From Candidatus Thorarchaeota archaeon (GTDB taxonomy: Archaea > Asgardarchaeota > Thorarchaeia > Thorarchaeales > Thorarchaeaceae): a stretch of DNA of 64,000 bases. The position numbers were made by a program, and so were the translations under genes. The notes under the pieces are model-generated. The model did no database searches and had not been told where the DNA came from. It worked only from the letters and a program-made list of their open reading frames with translations. The stretch covers positions 64,001 to 128,000 of the forward strand of contig JBHIAE010000002.1 of NCBI GenBank assembly GCA_046758445.1. The letters run 5' to 3'. Positions 60,062-64,000 of this stretch are shown here, one piece after another. How positions within the stretch are numbered: position 1 is the first letter of the stretch; the number at the start of each line of letters is the position of its first letter.

Positions 60062-60727
60062 TCAACGCAGAGGCAATCCCTTCTTGAGCCTCTTCAGTTT
60101 GAACCTCAGGTCATCCAGCATCTCTTGGTAGTCGATGATATGCTCCTCAGGTCTCTCATCATTTTCAAAATATGACTGAAGGAATTCCTCAGTCTCGGCG
60201 ACAAAGCCCTCTATGATTTCATCTATGTCCCACTTCTTTCCCTCCGGAGGGATGAGGGCACCTGAGCTCACTCTCTCGCCAGTGATGGATGAAAAGACGC
60301 TGACCTGAATGCCACCATAGTCACTGGTGAGTACAACCTGTAGCTGCTCTGAGTCCAGACTGAGAAACGTTCCTAGGTTCACGGGTCTCAGGTTGAGAGC
60401 CCTGGCAATTCGCTTGCTCTCCCTGAATACGATGCCCTTTCTCTCCTTTGGGTCAGTCTCAAACGAGATGTTGAGCCTACATCTTCGACCCTCAAGGAAG
60501 ACCTCTTTGGAGCTGATGAGACTGGACACATCGACATCAGAGAGGGGGGAGTTCTCTAGTGCTGACAGGTCTGAGGCGTCACTCTCTATCCTCCAACAAT
60601 GACCATGAGCCGAGGCGGTCCCATCAACAAGTGGACAGACACTCTCATCATGTGAGACTGAAACATCTGTTTCGATTGGAGGTTGATCGAGCAACGCGCT
60701 GCAAGTCAGAGGAAAGGGTACATTCAC
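60062..60727 (-). CDS. hypothetical protein, possibly a gene remnant
   Basis: 221-aa ORF with protein-like composition; no family recognised. Confidence 0.45.
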   Translation of the reverse strand: MNVPFPLTCSALLDQPPIETDVSVSHDESVCPLVDGTASAHGHCWRIESDASDLSALENSPLSDVDVSSLISSKEVFLEGRRCRLNISFETDPKERKGIVFRESKRIARALNLRPVNLGTFLSLDSEQLQVVLTSDYGGIQVSVFSSITGERVSSGALIPPEGKKWDIDEIIEGFVAETEEFLQSYFENDERPEEHIIDYQEMLDDLRFKLKRLKKGLPLR

Positions 60728-60790
60728 CAGTACAAATGGGGTCTTTCGTTCGATATATGGTCTGAGTAGTTGAAGCTCCCCATACTCTAT

Positions 60791-60861
60791 ATGACTGTAA
60801 CTTCAGTCATGAAGTTACAAGTGAAACTTTATCAGAATATATGACAAACTTATCATATGAT
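60791..60861 (+). promoter_or_regulatory. inverted repeats upstream of arsR (candidate operators)
   Basis: TGTAACTTCA-gtca-TGAAGTTACA at 60796-60819; ATATGA-caaactta-TCATAT overlapping the start codon. Confidence 0.6.
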
Positions 60862-61183
60862 ATCTTTGTCATTAGATACCAATCCAATGGTCCTGTTCTT
60901 CAAGGGCTTAGCCAACGAAACAAGACTGTCACTCCTAAGGACACTCAGCAATAGACCAATGTCTGTTTCAGAGCTCTGTGCAGAGCTCGACTACGAGCAG
61001 AGCCGCGTTTCCCACAACTTGACATGTCTTGAGTTCTGTGGGTTCGTAAATAGTGAGAGGGATGGAAAGAACAAGATCTATTCACTGAATGAAGAAACGA
61101 TTGGACCACTCATGGGTATTGTTGACAATCATATCAGACAGCACGGTCAGAATCTCTTGCAGTGCAAGGTACTGAAGAGATGA
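60857..61183 (+). CDS. ArsR/SmtB metalloregulator (probable mer regulator)
   Basis: FKGLANETRL, VSELC, QSRVSHNL.CL..CG, REDGK-like wing (ERDGK); four Cys. Confidence 0.92.
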   Translation: MISLSLDTNPMVLFFKGLANETRLSLLRTLSNRPMSVSELCAELDYEQSRVSHNLTCLEFCGFVNSERDGKNKIYSLNEETIGPLMGIVDNHIRQHGQNLLQCKVLKR

Positions 61184-61253
61184 AAGAGGTCCGTTACAGA
61201 ATGATGATGCTCAGTAACTATAGAAATGGATTGAAAAATTGAGGTTGAACAAG

Positions 61254-62945
61254 ATGGAAGATGAAGAGAGGAAACACGAGATTAGATTGAGAGTCAAAGG
61301 GATGACATGTGACAGCTGCGCTGTACATGTCCAACGAGCTCTTGAGAATGTTGATGGAGTGAACTTGGTCGATTTACCAAGTTGGAAGTCCGAGTCAGTA
61401 CGAGTCATTGCAAGATCAACAATTCCAGATAAGGAACTAACAGATGCTGTCAAAAATGCAGGATATAGTGCTGAAACAGACAGCAGGTCTGAAACTCACT
61501 TGGAACCAGTACTTCCAGTCACACCGAAGACTACAGGATATGACCTTGCTGTGATAGGAACAGGTGGAGCAGGAGTTGCTGCAGCCATAAAGGGCGCGGA
61601 GCTCGGCTACAGAGTCGCTCTAATTGAACGCGGAGAAATCGGAGGAACCTGCGTGAATGTCGGTTGCATTCCGTCAAAGACACTCATTCGAGCTGCAGAG
61701 TCATTTCACAATGCCAAGCACAACCCATTTCGAGGCGTGACAACCACATCAGGAGACCTCGTATGGAAGGAAGTGATTCTCCAAAAAGACTCACTGATAG
61801 AAACATTGCGACGAGAGAAGTACATCGACGTAATCGATGCCTACAAGGACAAGATCTCTGTTTTCAAGAGTCAAGCTCGACTTACTCATGATGGTGGTGT
61901 ACAGCTAGAAAATGGGCAAACGATACAGCCTTCCAAGATTGTGATTGCGACAGGAGCAAGACCTCGAATTCTCTCAGTTGAAGGAGTGTCGGACACAAGT
62001 GTGCTTACTAGCACAAGTCTGATGGAAATCAACCAGCTGCCGAAATCGCTCATTGTTATTGGAGGACGGTCAGTCGCTTTGGAGCTAGGTCAAGCATTCT
62101 CGAGGTTTGGGACGAAAGTTACGATTCTTCAACGTAGTAACACGATAATCCCTGCACATGAACCGGAGATTGCTGAAGCACTTATGGGCTATCTTGAAGA
62201 AGAGGGGATAGAGATTATCACTAATGTCAGAGTATTATCGATCGCTGACTCCGGGGAGAAGATTGTTACAGCACAAGTCAATGGCGACACGAGAGAGTTC
62301 AAGGCTGAGCATGTTCTAATGGCTGTAGGTCGAAAACCAAATACTGAGGACATGGGGCTCTCTGAGGCTAACGTCGAACTTGATGAACATGGCTTCATTA
62401 AGGTGGACTCTCAAATGCGGACCAGTAATGAGCATGTGTTTGCCGCTGGTGATGTCGCAATCCTACCTAAGTTTGTCTACGTTGCTGCTGCATCTGGTGG
62501 ACTAGCAGCTGAAAACGCACTTAGGAACAAAAGAAAGGAACTCGACCTTTCAATCATGCCCGGTATCATCTTCACCTCGCCTCAAGTTGCGGTTGTAGGT
62601 CTTACTGAAGACAAGGCAAAGGATGCTGGATACGAGGTAAAAGTGAGCATATTACCTTTAGAATATGTCCCAAGAGCATTGGCGGCTCACGACGTACGGG
62701 GTCTCATTAAGCTCGTTGCCGATGCAGAATCCAATTGTCTTCTTGGTGCGCATGTTCTTGCAGAAGACGCTGGCGAGATAATTCAAACAGCGGTCATGGC
62801 CATTCTAATGGGGCAGAAATATGGTTTCACAGTATCAGACTTCCAGAGTTTATTGTTCCCCTATCTCGTACAGGTTGAGGGATTGAAACTTGCGGCTCTG
62901 GCATTTTATAAGGATGTTTCTAAGCTATCTTGCTGTGCAAGCTAA
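61254..62945 (+). CDS. merA: mercuric reductase with N-terminal HMA domain
   Basis: GMTCDSC NmerA, GGTCVNVGCIPSK, EKY, KFVYVAA, FPYL, C-terminal SCCAS. Confidence 0.96.
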   Translation: MEDEERKHEIRLRVKGMTCDSCAVHVQRALENVDGVNLVDLPSWKSESVRVIARSTIPDKELTDAVKNAGYSAETDSRSETHLEPVLPVTPKTTGYDLAVIGTGGAGVAAAIKGAELGYRVALIERGEIGGTCVNVGCIPSKTLIRAAESFHNAKHNPFRGVTTTSGDLVWKEVILQKDSLIETLRREKYIDVIDAYKDKISVFKSQARLTHDGGVQLENGQTIQPSKIVIATGARPRILSVEGVSDTSVLTSTSLMEINQLPKSLIVIGGRSVALELGQAFSRFGTKVTILQRSNTIIPAHEPEIAEALMGYLEEEGIEIITNVRVLSIADSGEKIVTAQVNGDTREFKAEHVLMAVGRKPNTEDMGLSEANVELDEHGFIKVDSQMRTSNEHVFAAGDVAILPKFVYVAAASGGLAAENALRNKRKELDLSIMPGIIFTSPQVAVVGLTEDKAKDAGYEVKVSILPLEYVPRALAAHDVRGLIKLVADAESNCLLGAHVLAEDAGEIIQTAVMAILMGQKYGFTVSDFQSLLFPYLVQVEGLKLAALAFYKDVSKLSCCAS

Positions 62946-63092
62946 ACAAATGGCTCTTTCAGTAAAAGCGGGTCTTAGTACAAACATCTCAAAACAGCTT
63001 AGCGCTTCAGCGGGGCTTTCAGCTCACCACGATTGATGCCTTACTTATGCAGCTAAAGCAATGCTCTTTTCTCCTGATACAGTGAGAGTCAT

Positions 63093-63653
63093 TTGGGAAT
63101 GCTGATGAGAGAAGTGAAATTCGAACCAGATTTGAGCAAACGCTTGCAGAAACAGTATGGGATGGAGAACCCCCCCGCCACCCTATCTGAGGTCATCAAG
63201 TTTGTCAAGGCACAGGTGCTTGCAACAGCTGGGGGTCGAGAATGGGTAGCATCGATTCGGAAAGGCAAGGTCACAATCGGAGAAACGGACTTAGAGCGTG
63301 GGCTGTCCATCGTTTCGCCGGACGGGCGCGAGATAAAGGTCATGTGCGGCTACGATTCCCTGGGGACGGCTCTGCTACGCGGGGAAGGCCTAGTCAAGGC
63401 CACATGCTTCCACTGCGGTGAGAAGATGGAACTCGAGATTGAGGACAGCAAACTCGTTCATGCCTCCCACCCCTCAATCGTTTTTTGGATAGGAGACGGC
63501 CCTAAGGGCATACCATTCTGTGACCACTACAACTTTTTCCCGGATCAGAAACACCTAGATGGCTGGCTGGATACGAACCCTGAGGAGCTTGGTGTTGTAC
63601 TATCTTTGGATGAAACGATTGAATTCCTGAATCTTTCGCACAAAGGATTGTGA
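63093..63653 (+). CDS. merB: organomercurial (alkylmercury) lyase
   Basis: CGYD (Cys96/Asp99 equivalents), TCFHCG (Cys117), FCDHYNFF (Cys159); directly after merA. Confidence 0.8.
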   Translation: MGMLMREVKFEPDLSKRLQKQYGMENPPATLSEVIKFVKAQVLATAGGREWVASIRKGKVTIGETDLERGLSIVSPDGREIKVMCGYDSLGTALLRGEGLVKATCFHCGEKMELEIEDSKLVHASHPSIVFWIGDGPKGIPFCDHYNFFPDQKHLDGWLDTNPEELGVVLSLDETIEFLNLSHKGL

Positions 63654-64000
63654 GTCAGATTTCGTATCTTCTTGTTTGATGTCTTCCCTCTGAGGTAAAG
63701 AGAATAAGAGGCTAACGGGGCTGGGTGTACAGGTAACCTGCCCCAGCACACAACGCTGAGCATTCTTTCATTTTGCAATGCTCATACATTTCGGATATCC
63801 AAAATGTCTAGCCGGGATGAGATCGAAAAGTCCAGGTGGGCTGATTGTTACGAGCAAAGGCCATCCGATTACAAGTGAAAGTCCGAGGACTTAAGATAGA
63901 GTATCTCAGGTCAGAAAGTACTCGACATTGATACCTATGGATGTTTTTTTGCTGTTTTCTGTGCCATCTTTCTCACTCCACCAAGACCCGCTCTTTCGTA

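Noticed and set aside
63700-63930. Possible structured RNA or hammerhead ribozyme after merB
   Set aside because: Hairpins are present but there is no intact CUGAUGA/GAAA core with supporting stems; the region is cut by the window edge

Overview
Archaeal chromosomal window, most likely from an Asgard archaeon and probably Thorarchaeia. That placement is inferred from the archaeal-type 16S, SRP19/Gar1/TFE-beta-like genes, Trm1, archaeal ValS and many membrane-anchored surface proteins. About 60 CDS cover housekeeping (pyrB, pyrH, valS, trm1, rlmE, hppA, polX) and metabolism (acs, CoA-transferase-GNAT fusion, AOR, class I FBP aldolase, two HDAC/AcuC, two LLM, two OsmC). There are three intron-containing tRNAs (Ile-GAT, Leu-CAA, Ala-CGC), one stand-alone 16S rRNA gene and an arsR-merA-merB mercury cassette. 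The main observation is that the 16S gene is interrupted by five 30-31 nt mini-introns at universally conserved sites (after about E. coli 908, 1346, 1386, 1499 and 1531). Each forms a bulge-helix-bulge (BHB) splice motif with the same 1-9-5-9-4-2 nt layout, and two of the three tRNA introns follow that layout too. The last intron separates the anti-Shine-Dalgarno tail from the rest of the rRNA. Other signals: a candidate -1 frameshift joining two membrane ORFs, a 12-bp-periodic GATATC array over a PadR promoter, a degenerate tRNA-Leu att copy bounding a 1-kb hemerythrin islet, and two unannotated microproteins with their own promoters and terminators.
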